Source of the DNA: the human T2T-CHM13v2.0 reference genome, Homo sapiens
DNA: 64,000 nt
Assembly: GCF_009914755.1 (NCBI RefSeq)
Contig: NC_060925.1
Strand: one strand, 5' to 3'
The stretch's first letter is position 1, and each line of letters begins with the position of its first letter. Under the pieces are notes generated by a model that was not told where the DNA came from, did not search any database, and was given only the letters and a program-made list of their open reading frames with translations. The position numbers and the translations under genes are program-made. Of this stretch, positions 1 to 13,114 are shown piece after piece.

Positions 1-604
1 CACCTACCTCAAGTCTGGACACATAGCGAGTTCCTAATAAACATTATTAATTATTGCTCTCAACATCACTGTGTGAAACATATATAGGCACAGAAGGCTG
101 GATTTTGTGATTACCCATAAAGAGTGCTTAGTTGTTATGTAAAATGAATAATGTGAACATGCTGAAACATAAGAGGATCAAATTATGCCCTAACCACTGC
201 CTGTTCGCAAGTGAAAACCAGCGAAAATGGGGATGACTCATCTTAAATCCACCATCAAATGAACAGTGTTTCTCCATTTTCAAAGCACCACTTGGGAATT
301 AGAGTCAAGATAGATGAACATATTCAGACTCTATATGAACATAACTGGAGGACAGGGGCTACCAAAATTGAAGCTAGTAAACTGTATCTGGAACACTCTT
401 GCTGTTTCTGGTGGTGTGGATAACATGTGCTATTAGCACAGGGGTCAGTTTCCACTGTAACCAGGACCTGCCCAGAAAACTTAATCTCATCAGAGTTCAG
501 GCCTAGTCTAAGACACACTGTCCTAACACACAGTGCCCCTGTCTCCTTACAAGGACAATCTTTGAAAATGCTCCACAAATTAATAATAATAACAACTTCT
601 ACTC

Positions 605-775
605 TCCATTGAGTACCTCACTATGTGACTGTCTACGCTTCTATGCATTTAGGTGCATTTCCTCATATAAGCTTGTCAGCAGCCCTCTGATGTGGATATC
701 AGGAGATCCAGTTTGTAGATTGAGAAACTGAAGCTTAGAGAAGACAAGCAGTTTACCCAGTTTGCCCCTTAGCAT
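605..775 (-). mobile_element. MIR SINE fragment
   Basis: GTAGATTGAGAAACTGAAGCTTAGAGA resembles the reverse complement of the MIR core; boundaries approximate. Confidence 0.6.
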
Positions 776-1052
776 CCTGCTTCCAAATCCATGCAACCAA
801 CCATTAATCTTCCTCTGCTCTCTGCCCACTTGGACACCAGAGTCCAGGCAGCCAGTGTAGAAAAGGCCTAAACTTTATCTCCCTGCCTTTCCTTCATCTT
901 TATCTTTCCTGAGGATCCATATAGGAAACAGCGAGCTAGAGAGTTAAGCCTGGGCTTAGATGCCCCAGCAGGGAGCAGTTAGGGTGAGCAGTTATTTCTG
1001 ATCTTTTCTGTGTTCTCTGCAGGTAAAGGCCTAGCATCTCATGATTTAGTGT

Positions 1053-1239
1053 GGTGGTTCTCAAAGTATGGTCCTGGAACAAGCAACATCACCATCACCT
1101 GGGAGCTTGTTAAAAATGCAGAATCTTGGGCCATAACCCAGATATACTGAATCTGAAATTCTGGGGACAGAGCCCATTAATCTGCATTTTTAAAGCCCTC
1201 CAGGTGATTCTGTTGCACACTAAAGTTGGAGAACCCCTG
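1053..1239. mobile_element. MER5A (hAT-Charlie non-autonomous DNA transposon)
   Basis: TIR-like ends GTGGTTCTCAAAG and AGTTGGAGAACCCCTG; internal ATCACCTGGGAGCTTGTTAAAAATGCAGA and CCCTCCAGGTGATTCTG; about 190 bp. Confidence 0.85.
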
Positions 1240-1386
1240 TTCTTCACTAACTATTGTTTAGAGGAATAACAAAAAAAAAAAAAAAAAAAAGGAGAAAGAA
1301 ATTAGCACTGAAGCCAGTAGAATGCAGAAGGTTGGGATTTTCAAAACCAGTCTTGTAGCTGTCATATTTAGAATCACAATATCCTA

Positions 1387-1694
1387 TCTAGGCACAGTAG
1401 CTCATATCTATAATCTCAGCATATTAGAGGGCTGAGGCAGGAGGATTGCTTGAGGCCAAGAGTTCAAGACCAGCCTGGGCAGCATAGTGAGACCTAGTCT
1501 CTAAAAACAAAAATAAAGATAATTAGCTGGGCGTGGTGGCATGTGCCTGTAGTACCAACTACACAGGAGGCTGAAGTGGCAGGATAGCTTAAGCCCAGGA
1601 GTTTGAAGCTAGACAGTGAGCTATGATCATGCCAGTGTATTCCAGCCTGGGCGACAGAGCAAGACCCTGTCTCTAAAATGAATAAATAAATAAA
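1387..1694 (+). mobile_element. AluJ
   Basis: Dimeric Alu with J-type GAGGATTGCTTGAGGCC and GTGAGCTATGATCATGCC; degenerate TSD AATCACAATAT(C/T)CTA on both sides. Confidence 0.9.
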
Positions 1695-1759
1695 ATCACA
1701 ATATTCTAACACTTAAAAGATAAAAAATAAATTCGAGGCTTTCTAACATAAAGTGTTCA

Positions 1760-1870
1760 TTTCACACTAGAGAAAACTGAGGCCCAGAGAAGCAAAACAT
1801 GTTGTCCCTTGTCACACAGCAAGATTGTGGCAGAGCTTTACAGCAGAACCCAGGCCTCCCCTTTCCAGTT
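1760..1870 (-). mobile_element. MIR fragment
   Basis: GAAAACTGAGGCCCAGAGAAG...GTCACACAGC...GAACCCAGG. Confidence 0.65.
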
Positions 1871-2420
1871 CTAAGTTATCTTCTGCAATCCAACTTGCCT
1901 TCCAATGTCCAAATACACCCTCAATAATTCTGGCTGCTCCCATATCTGTGCTTATAACTGTCTGATAGTCTATGCATGGGGAAAAAAAAAAAACTTTCTC
2001 CTTTTCTGAACATAAATATAAGTAGCAATTTCTTTTCTTACATTTCTACTCTGCATCAATATCATACAGTCCCAATTTTTAAAGCAATCTATCAAACATT
2101 TTATTCAAATTAGTATACAAATTTTGGTTCTTCTTTCAACTCATGGTGGGGCTAGGATTTAAATTGTTATATGATTTTTTTATGCATTTACATAATTTTT
2201 TCCTGACGAACTCAGAATTTTGTTTCTTTATCTCTCTGGAAGATAATCATCTCAGATTACTCTAATCATGATGTGCCCAGCAACACTGTTTGATTCTCTT
2301 TGCTGAGCTGTGGGAAGTCACCTCTCTAAAACTGTTCACCCTCAGAGCAAAATCCACTCTTTCCTACTCTCATGTAGCAAACCAGATGCCCAAAAATCCA
2401 GACAAAGTGAGTTATTTGTG

Positions 2421-3606
2421 TCCCAGTTAAAATGGCTTATATCCAAAAGACAGGCAATAACAAATGTTGGCAAGGATGTGGAGAAAAGGGAACCCTTGTA
2501 CCTTGCTGGTAGGAATGTAAATTAGTACAACCACCACGGAGAACACTTTGGAGGGTCCTCAAAGAACTAAAAATAGCTGGGCACAGTGGCTCACGCCTGT
2601 AATCTCAGCACTTTGAGAGGCTGAGGCAGATGGATCACCAGAGGTCAGGAGTTCGAGACCAGCCTGGCCAACATGGTGAAACTCCGTCTCTACTAAAAAT
2701 ACAAAAAAAATTAGCTGGGCATGGTAGCAGGCACCTGTAATCCCAGCTACTCGGAAGGCTGAGGCCAGGGAATCACTTGAACCCGGGAAGCAGAGGTTGC
2801 AGTGAGCTGAGGTCACGCCACTTCACTTCAGCCTGGGCAACAAGAGCAAAACTCTGCCTCAAAAGAGAAAAACAAAACAAAACTAAAACTAAAAATAAAG
2901 CTACCATATGGTCCAGGTATACCATATATACCACTGCTGGATATATATCCAAAAGAAAGAAAATCAGCATATCAAGGAGATATCTGCACCTCTGTATTTG
3001 TTGCAGTGCTGTTTACAATATCCAAGATTTAGAAGCAACTTAAGTGTCCATCAACATTCAAATGGATAAAGAAAATGTGATACATATACACAATGGAGTA
3101 TTATTCAGCCATAAAAAAGAATGAGATCCTGTCATTTGCAACCACATGGACAGAACTGGATATCATTATGTTAAGTGAAATAAGCGAGGCACAGAAAAAC
3201 AAACATTGCATGTTCTCACTTATTTGTAGGATATAAAAATCAAAACAATTGAACTCATGGACATAGAGAATAGAAGGACAGTCATCAGAAGCTAGGAAGG
3301 GTAGTGGGGTGCTTGGAGGAAGAGGGTGATGGCTAACGGGTACAAGAAAATAGGATCAAATTTACCTAGTATTTGATAGCACAACAGGGTAACTATAGTT
3401 AATAATAACTTAATTGTGTACTTTAAAATAATGAAAAGGGTAGAATTAGATTGTTTATAATATAAAGGATAAACGCTTGAGGGGATGGATACCCCGTGTT
3501 CCATGATGTGATTAATATGCATTACATGCTTGTATCAAAATTTCTCATGTGCCCCACAAATACATATATAGCCACTTAGGTACCCCCCAAAATTAAAAAT
3601 ATTTTT
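2421..3606 (+). mobile_element. 5'-truncated L1 (L1MA1-3-like 3' end), interrupted by an Alu
   Basis: L1 ORF2 end and 3' UTR (CAAAACAATTGAACTCATGGACATAGAG ... CAAAATTAAAAAT); 16-bp TSD AAGTGAGT(T/G)ATTTGTG at 2405-2420 and 3607-3622. Confidence 0.9.
2575..2885 (+). mobile_element. AluS (Sq/Sx-like) inside the L1
   Basis: Full dimer with A-rich tail; AACTAAAAATA repeated on both sides. Confidence 0.92.
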
Positions 3607-4722
3607 AAGTGAGTGATTTGTGAAAAGAACTCAGTAATCGGCATTCAAGGTGGTGGATAGTTTTCAGAATTGTAATATTTCCATCCAAATGTTTGGAATC
3701 TTATAGGTGGGTTATTGGCTGAGTTGTTTTTGTTGTACTTAATATCTTTAATTCTTCCTTTCTTGCCAAGTATTTGAGAAAGCGGTCTGTTCAGAGACAC
3801 TCCCATTCACATTTAACTCTAGAGATGCTCTGGAACTCTCAGAGCTGGGCACCTTCCCAATAGAAGTGGCTCCCCAATAGAATCACTCAAGCTCTACCTT
3901 CACAAGGGCCACTTAGTTTTCAACCTATTTTAAGCTTCTTCATTTTTTAAAAAAAAGCAATTAAGCACTTGATATGCTACCTTTTTAGGAGGGGATACTG
4001 GGAAGTCTCAGAGAAATAATGTGAATCCAGGCTCTGAGAGCTTGCAATCTAAAACCAATAGCAAGAATACAGACACCAATAGGAACAGAGAGAATAAATG
4101 GATGTCGAAAACAAGAATGCATTGTGCTGCTTGGCACTCTAGAGAATATCCTGGCTCGTAGCAGTGCAAATTGCTCTTACTTTAGAAAAATAACCCAGCT
4201 GAACATCTGCTTTGTGTGAAAGGTTAAGCTTTCCTCCAGGCCAGGAACTGGAAGAAGTCCTGAAGAAGGAGAAAGCAGTAGGGCTAAATTTTCTCTGCTT
4301 GAGGAAATTTGGAGTTTCAGAGCTGTTCAGGAACAGCTGGAGGCAAGAAGAGGGGGACGAGATACAAGAAGGATGTGGGGAACTGACAGAAAGGTTAGAG
4401 AGGTCCAAGCAGAAGCTGAGGCACCAGCCAACAAGAAATGCCCTAGTCTTGTGTTACTGAGAGTTGAAGAGATAAAGCCTAGTGTGGGTCAAGGTGGGAT
4501 GTTAGAAAGGATGGCACAGAAAGCTTTCATGCTAAAGCCAGGTGGGTCATTCATGTTCTTGGGTCCAGGGTTAATTCATACGAAGTCTTTGGGACATGTA
4601 AGAAGGAAAGCGATTCCTCGATTCCTCGGGCCAGTTCAATTGACATTGTAATTAAAACCAATTGTTCTCTTTGAAAACCCTAAAATGATATGCCAGAGCA
4701 AAGCTGGTGACTCCAAAATCTA

Positions 4723-5079
<357 letters not shown>

Positions 5080-5552
5080 TTAGACCCAACACAGACCCTC
5101 ATAGGCCAGGGATGATTACAAGAGTATGTTTTTTGGAGATTTCAATACACATCCAGTGGTCTGTGCCTAAGCAACTTAAAAAATATATTGAAATTTCAGA
5201 AATAATTGTTGAGGCTCTTTGTCAAAAACAGTGGCACATGTTGTGTAAGGTAAATGCATACAATGTTATTTGCCAAATTAAAAACAAAAAACAGGACCAA
5301 ATTCTGAATCCTTCTCCTGAGGTTGACCACCGTTGTTCTAAAGCCAGGCTTCTCCAACTGTTTCCATCTACTGATTAATTCAGAAGGAGAAGAGTTTTTA
5401 TGAAGCAACCTCCATGTCAACTATAAATGGTTGCTGAAAGAAAGAAAATAAAAAATATATTACCAGAATAGAACAGAAATGTCAAGGATAAACCAAGAAT
5501 CAGGGTGAGTTATTAACAATCTATGTGAAAAACGAGGCCTTGGCTCTCAGGT

Positions 5553-5570
5553 CACGCCACCTGGAGGCCA
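5553..5570 (-). promoter_or_regulatory. Candidate CTCF site
   Basis: Reverse complement reads TGGCCTCCAGGTGGCGTG, close to the CTCF core CCACCAGGTGGCG; motif only. Confidence 0.45.
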
Positions 5571-6837
5571 CCCATGGTACTCTAATTCCCTGCTGGGAAC
5601 ATTGTCCTGGGAGACCAAATCATGAATCTAAGATAGCAATACCTCTTACAAAATAGGCAGGACATGTCAAGGCAAATGTGCCATTCATGCCCAGTGCCCA
5701 AAATGGGGCCTGTTTTCCCTGTTAGCGTGAGTCTGACTCATATCCCACATACTGAGTGGGTTGAGAATTGGGGTTTTGAGAGGTGAGTCAAGAGACTCCA
5801 GATGCCCACATGTTATTTTCACTGTGAGGCTGGACACTCATCATTAGACCATCCTCCAAAAGAGCTGTGTTGGTCACTTGTTCATTTCGGTGTGCATGAA
5901 CTAAATCATAATAGTTTTTAGAAAGTGTATAAGCTGCCTATTAAAAAGTCAACCTCCAAAGTCACAATAGATTTAAGACTTGCATTGTGAAACAGGTGCT
6001 TAGAAAAATCAATCTATAGCAAGAGTAAATTAGCTGATTTTTAAAAAATTGTAATCACCCTAGTCTATTTTTATTCAATGAATGTGACATTAAAGACAGT
6101 GAGATTTGCTTTTTCTTTCTTTAAGGAAAACAACAAATGCCAGAAAAAGAAGGCAAAACGATGAAATGATCTTTCCAGGTTACTAAATTATTGGTCAAAT
6201 TAATTATTCATTATTGTCGATGAATATTGATTAAACACATTATGAAGAACTATTTTCTTTTATTTCTTAGCCCTCTGTCTAAGCCTGAGGTCTTTAATCA
6301 TTTATGTCCCTTTTCTACCAGAAAAATGCTTGTGAAGGACAGTCTGGTCACCTCTTTCTTACTCAAAACCCCCCATAGTTTCTCCCTTGCCGACCAAGTA
6401 TGAAAGCTTTCCAACATTTTCTGACTCACTTTCACTCTTCTCTTCATGCTCTACACTGTACCTTCCTGGAACTACTCACTGTTGCCTATACAAATTCCTG
6501 CATTTCCTCTAACTCTTTGCCCATTCTGTTTCCTGATCCTGGAATGCCTCTTGCCCCAATCTTCATAATCTTCACCCACTTTACATCTCTTTTTCTCACC
6601 ATCTTCATTCTCTCCTCACAATGTAAAAATTAAATATCCATGTGGATATTTATCTTTGCCTTATATATAACAAATCCCTTTTCCAGTATGTCGTTTTTAT
6701 CTTGTTTTGCTTACTAGATAATAGCCTGCAGAAGACTAGCTATGTTGGTTTTATCTTTGTAACCTGGTGTCTTCCCTGGTTTCTGGACCATAGTAGGTGT
6801 TCAATATGCATTTGTGAATAGAAATACAGGGGCAGCA

Positions 6838-6986
6838 AGAGAAGGAAGAGGGAAGGAGGAGGAGGAGGCAAGGAGGAAGAGCAGGAGGAGAGGGAGAGAG
6901 AGAGAGAAAAGAAGGAAGAGGAGGAGGAAGAGGAGAGGAAAACTGGGAGGAAGAAGGAAGTGAATGAAAGAAAGAGGGAGAAAGAA
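6838..6986. repeat. GA-rich low-complexity tract
   Basis: Mosaic of (GGA)n, (GA)n and GGAA runs. Confidence 0.9.
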
Positions 6987-7089
6987 ATTCAGTTTGTTCT
7001 AGTCTAATTGGCACTTAGGAAAGTTTCAGATGTGGGCTTTACCTTCCCTTGTCTGTTCTTTCACCTCCTATTCACTTCTCATTCACCCA

Positions 7090-7992
7090 AACTTTGTTCC
7101 CACCCCTCCACTGAAATGATCTTGCCAAGGTCAACAAAAGCCCCTTGATGTGGTTTGGATGTTTTCTTCTTTCAAAATCTGATGTTGAAATGTGACCTCC
7201 AATGTTGGAAGTGTGGGCTGGTAAGAGGTGTTTGGATCTTGGGGGTGGATCCTTCATGAATGGCTTGATGCTGCCCTCACAGTAATGAGTGAGTTCTCAC
7301 TCAATGAGCTCATGTGAAAGGTTGTTTAAAAGAGCCTTGTACTTCCCCCCTCTCTCTCTTGCTGCCTCTCTCGCCATGTGACATGGTGTCTCCCTTTGCC
7401 TTCCACGATGATTGTAATCTTCCTGAGGCCCTCACCAGAAGGAGTTGATGGCACTAGGCTTCATGTACAGCCTGCAGAACCATGAACCAAATAAACCTCT
7501 TTTCTTTATAAATTATCCAGTCCAAGGCATGTGTATGTATTAGTCTGTTTATATAGGTATGTATTAGTTTGTTTATAGTGACACAGACAGACTAACACAT
7601 ACCTACTTGCCAAATCTGGTAATCACCTCCATCACTCGTTTCTTGGAAATCTCTCCACATCTGAATTTTGTGATATCATCATTCCTGCTTTTCCTTATAT
7701 CTCCTTTGTTCTTGCATCTCTGACCCCTTTGCTGCATCCATTTCCTCTAACCATCCTTTAAATTTGGCGATTTTCAGTATTCTTCATCTTCCCTTTCCCC
7801 CTTTCATGCTGCATACTCTCTGGTTAAACTTATTCGTTCCCATGGCTTCAAATTAGTTGCTATAGTTAATAATTCCCAATCTACATTCCTAGCCTTCTCG
7901 TCTCCTGAACTCCATCCATATCTATGTTGCCAAGCATCTACGATACATCTGTTCTCAACCACCAACTTAAGTCCAGCATATCAAAACTAGAA
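7090..7992 (+). mobile_element. L2 fragments, split by the MSTB LTR
   Basis: CCACTGAAATGATCTTGCCAAGGTCAAC..., TTGCCAAATC and CCCATGGCTTCAAAT resemble L2 ORF2; highly diverged. Confidence 0.55.
7146..7599 (+). mobile_element. MSTB-type MaLR solo LTR
   Basis: TGATGTGGTTTGGAT start, AATAAACCTCTTTTCTTTATAAATTATCCAG, GACTAACACA end. Confidence 0.88.
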
Positions 7993-8719
7993 GTTTTTTT
8001 TTCCCAAGATGGCAGATTAGAGATTTTCAGTGTGCCTCACTCATGTGGAGTTAGCAAGATAGTACATAAACGTCAACTCTGTGAGCTTTAATTCAAGAAG
8101 AAAAATAGGAATCCACGATAATTCTGAAGGACACCCCAGATCCCAGAGACGAGAACACCAGAAAACAGTCCCTGTGACAGCATCCATCTGATAAACATGA
8201 GTCAAGCCCCAGTACATGAGAGGGACAGAGATCCTCCCCCATAACTCTCCCTTCCAATGGGAATCTGAGCAACTCAGGCTTAGGGAGAGTATTTTGTTTC
8301 TCCCAAGCCCTGGAGCTAACTTGGGGAGAGGCTTGGAGATGCTGTGACAGAAAGATACCATGAAGAACTACAGACATTTTCTCAGACCCAAGACTAAGAG
8401 CAGGAAGCCATTTTTAATCTGGGCATATAAAAAGATCTTTGGTAATCTGGCAGCATGACCATGGAGGCACTTTAGTCGCAGGCCAGAGATTGGAACATTT
8501 GCTCTGGAACAGGGTAGGGGCCTTCACAGCCTAAACTATGGAAAGCATCTCAGCAGCAGGTGTTGGAACTGTGCTGTCCCCCATCATGAGCCTGGGGTGG
8601 GAGGAGAGCTGCTATACCTGCAATTTCTCCTGGGTGGCAAGACTTGCAGCCAGAGCCAGCTTGGCGACTTGGAACAGGTCTGCATGTGCCATGGCTGAAT
8701 GCCTCATCTTGTTCCTCTG

Positions 8720-9350
8720 AGACTGCGGTGCAGCAAGGCCCTCTCTGTTCCACACTCAGGCAGGGCAGAAATCCAGGCATTTGGAGCACCTGCTTGCCTG
8801 GAACAGCAGATTGAGCTTCCCCACCCTTCATGGACATAGATTGTGGTACAGTGGGGCTCTCTCTGCTCCATACCCACACAGATCTCTGGGAATTCAGAGC
8901 ACCCACTCACCTGGATCAGCATCCTGACCTGTACCACACTTTCTATACAGAGATTCTGATGCAGAGAGGCCCTGTCTGCTTCACATCCAGGCAGATTTTC
9001 AGGAATTTGTATCACCAGCTAGCCTGCATTAGGAAGGCTCATCAGTCCCACCCTTCCTGGACATATATCATGGTGCAGGGGTGCCCTCTCTGCTACACAC
9101 GCAGGCAGATCAGGCATTTAGAGCACTGCTCTCCTGAATGAGAAGACTGAGCCACCCCACCCATCCTGTGCAGATATCTTGGTGCAGGGGGACCCTCTCT
9201 GCTCCACACCCAGGCAGATCTCCAGGCATCTGGAGTTTCCACTCTCCTAGATTAGGAGTTTAGGCCACCCTACTCCCCGTACAAAGAACTGGGGACCAAG
9301 GATGTTTCCCAGCTCCAGATCTAGGCACAACTCTGGGTACTTGGTGGCTG
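8720..9350 (+). repeat. Diverged ~110-118 bp tandem monomers (about 5-6 copies) in the L1 5' UTR
   Basis: Motif CCTCTCTGCTCCACACCCAGGCAGAT-like recurs near 8741, 8858, 8971, 9084, 9193 and (weakly) 9305. Confidence 0.8.
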
Positions 9351-12343
9351 TCCACTGGATTCTACCTCAGCAGCAGTGATGGTGCCTGCTATCAGGGGAC
9401 ATATAAGTGAACCTGCCTAATCCAACCCTACCCTTCATGGCCCCTTCCACACTAGAACTGAGCAGTGAGCTGAGACCACTGTGTATTCCACATGTCAGCC
9501 CATTACCTGAGGCAACCGAGAGCTTCTGCCAATAAACAAGGATCAAGTATATAACCAGCTGTGTTGGCTGCAGCTAGATCTTACCTATAAGCACCATCTA
9601 CTGGTCTGTAGGTTGAACTGCACAACCCAATATAAAACCTATCTAAAGAAGTGAATAGGGCTATAGAAGTAAAGCCAAAAGACCCTACGCAACATACTCT
9701 ATAGTCACACTCCTAGGGAAGGTGAAAAGAGAAAGGGAAAGAAAAAAATAATATTATTATAGAGAAAGAAAAAGAAAGAAAAAAATCCTATCTACACAAA
9801 AATAATTATAAAAATTAGAAATGTCAGCATCTCTAGGTGAGAAGAAACTAGCACAAGAATTCTGGAACTATGAAAAATATAAATGTAGTGACACCACCAA
9901 AGGATTGCACTAGCTTTCCGACAATGGTCCATAACCAAAATGGAAGCTCAGAAATGACATATAGAAAAATGAAAGCATGGATTGCCAAGAGGCTCAATGA
10001 GATCCAAGACAAGGTTGAAAAGTAACACAAAGAAAAGTCTAAAGCGATCCAGGAAATTAAGAGATAAATATCTTAAAAATAAGTCAATTGGAGCTCTGGA
10101 ATTGAAAAACTCACTTAAGGAATTTAAAAATACAATTGAAATCTTTATCAATAGACTAGACAAGCAGAAGAAAGATTTTCAGAGTTTGAACACTGATCTT
10201 TCAAACTAACCCAATTCAGATAAAAATAAAGAAAAAAGAATTATAAAAAAATGAAAAAAGTCTTTGAGAAATTATGTGATTATGTAAAGCAACCAATTCT
10301 ACAAATTACTGGCATTCCTGAGAGAGAAAAAGTAAACAACCCAAAAAATATATTTGAGGATAATTCAAGAACACTTCCCTTATCTTGCTAGAGAGGTAGA
10401 CATCTATATACAAGAAATCCAGAGAACACCTGCAAGAAACTGTGTAAAATGAAAATCACCAAGACTCAAGACACACAGTCACTAGACTATATGAAGTCAA
10501 TGTCAAAGAAAAAAATTTTAAAGGCATGCAGAGAAAAAGGACAGATAATTTACAAAGGGAATCTTATCAGGTTAAATGCAGACTTGTCAGCAGAAACCTT
10601 ACAAGCCAGGAGAGATTGAGGACCTATTTTACACATTCTTAAATAAAAGGAATTCCAACCATGAATTTCATATTCCACCAAACTAAGCATTATAAATGAA
10701 AAAGAAATAAAATATTTTTCAGACAAGCAAGCACTATAGGAATTTGTTACCAGTAGACCAGCCTTACAAGAGAGTTTTAAGAGAGTTCTAAACATGAGAA
10801 TAAAAGAACAATACCCACTACCACAAAAACACACTTATGCACATAGCCTACATATCCTATAAAACAACCACACAATAGAAACTGCAAAGTAACCAGCAAA
10901 CAACTTCATGATAGGATCAAAACCTCTTATATTAGTCTTAACCTTGAATGTAAACAGTCTAAAAGCTCCACATAAAAGTCACAGAGTGGAAAATTGGATT
11001 AAAAAACAAGACCCATTCATCTGCTGTCTTCAACAGACCCATCTCACACATAATGATACCCATAGGTTCAAAGTAAAGGGTTGGAGAAAGATCTACCATG
11101 CAAATGGCAAACAAAAAAGAGCAGGGGTTGCTATTCTTATATCAAATGGGAAAGACTTTAAACCAACAATAGTAAACAAAAAAAGAAGACAGCTGGGCAT
11201 TATGTAATGATAAAGGTTTCAACAGGAAGATTTAACTATCCTAAATATGTATGTACCTAACATTGGAGCACAAGAATTTATAAAACAAGTACTTCTAGAT
11301 TTATGAAAACACTTAAACTACCACACAATAATAGTGGGAGATTTGAACACCCCACTGACAGCATTAGACAGATCATCAAGGCAGAAAACTATCAACAAAA
11401 TTCTGGACTTAAATTTGACACTTGACTAATTGGACCTAATAGATATCTACCGAATATTCCACCCATCAACCACAAAATATCCATTCTTCTTATCTGCATA
11501 TGGATTGACCATATGTTCAACAATAAAGTGTGACTCAAAAAATTAAAAAAATCAAAATCATACCCATACTCTTGGACAACAATGAAATAAAAATAGAAAT
11601 CAATACAAAGAAGACAAGAAGATCAGTAAAAATCACACACTTACATGAAAATTGTATAACTTGATCTTAAATGACTTTTGAGTAAACAACAAAATCAAGA
11701 CAAAAATTTTAAAAAATCATTTAAATAAATGAAAACAAAGACATAATGCATAGGCTGTCCTTGTACTGCTATAAAGAAATACTTGAGATTGGGTAATTTA
11801 TAAAGAAAAGAGGTTTAATTGGCTCATGGTTCTACAGGCTGTACAGGAAGCATAGTGGCTTCTGCTTCTGGGAAGGCCTCAGGAAACTTACAAACTTACA
11901 ATGGTGGAAGGGGAAGGGGAAGGGGAAGTAGGCACATCTTGCATGGCAGAAGCAGGAGCAAGAAAGTGAGGGTGGAGGTGCTACTCACTTTTAAACAACG
12001 AGATCTCGTGAAAACTCTATCACAAGCATAGCACTAGGGGATGGTGCTAAACCATTCATGAGAAACCGCCCCTATGGTTCAATCAGCTACCACCAGCCCC
12101 CACCTCCAACACTGGAGATTATAATTCAACATGAGATTTAGGCAGGGATACAGATCCAAACCATATCATTCCACCCCTGGTTCCTCCCGAATATCTTTTC
12201 TTCTCACATTTCAAAATATAATCATGCCTTCCCAACAGTACCCCAAAGTCTTAACTCATTTCAGCATTAACTCAAAAGTCCAAAGTCTCATCTGAGAAAA
12301 GCCATTCCCTTCTGCCTATGAGCCTGTAAAATAAAAAAACAAG

Positions 12344-13114
12344 TTAGTTACTTCCATGATACAACAGGAGTATAAGCATTTGGTAAATGTTCCCATTCCC
12401 AAAGGGAGAAATCAGCCAAAAGAAAGTGGCTTCAGGCCCCATGCAAGTCCAAAACCCAGCAGGACAGTCATTAAATCTTAAAGCTCCAAAATAATCTTCT
12501 TTAACTCCATGTCTCACATCCAAGGCACACTGGTATGAGGGGTGATCTCCCAAGACCTTGGGAAGCTCTGTCCTTGTGGCTTTGCAGCATTCAGCCACCC
12601 TCCCAGCTGCTCTCATGGACTGTTGTTGAGTGCCTGCAGTTTTTCCAGGCACAGGGTACAATCCATTGGTGGATATATTATTCTGAGGTCTGGAAGGTGG
12701 TGGCCTTCTCACAGCTCCACTATGCAATGCCCTAGTGGGGACTCTGTGGGGTATCCAACCCCACATTTCCCCTCTGCACTGCCCTAGTAGAGGTTCTCCA
12801 TGAGGGTTCTGCCCCTGTAGCAGGCTTCTGCCTGGATATGCTGGCTTTTCCATACATCGTCTGAAATTTAGATGGAGGCTCCCAGCCTCAACTCTTGCAT
12901 TTTGTGCACCTACAGGCTTAACACCACAGAGAAGCCACCAGGACTTATGGCTTGCAACCTCCGAAGCAGTGGCCTGATCTGTACTTGGGCCTCCTTGAGC
13001 CAAGGGCCCCTGAAGCCAGAGTAGCCAGGATACAAGGAGCAGTGTCCCAAGGCTGTGCAGGGCAGTGGGGCCCTGAGCTTGGCCCATGAAATCAGTTTTC
13101 CCTCTTATTTGCAT
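12344..13114 (-). pseudogene. Remnant of the MaLR (MST/THE1) internal ORF
   Basis: C-terminus DVRHGVKEDYFGALRFNDCPAGFWTCMGP...LYHGSN matches the THE1/MST-int ORF end as I recall it; lies wholly within the provirus. Confidence 0.7.

Noticed and set aside
2559-3043. Many 60-150 aa ORFs with [12 protein letters not shown] / LGLQA-type peptides, here and at other Alus
   Set aside because: Standard Alu translations.
8720-9350. CRISPR-like or repeat-spacer array
   Set aside because: Whole-unit diverged tandem repeat within an L1 5' UTR in human DNA; no identical repeats with unique spacers and no cas genes.
10908-11207. Functional endonuclease or RT gene
   Set aside because: L1 ORF2 N-terminus that terminates after 99 aa; the rest is frameshifted and interrupted.
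12344-13114. 256-aa ORF as a real gene
   Set aside because: It is the MaLR internal ORF remnant inside an internally deleted provirus.
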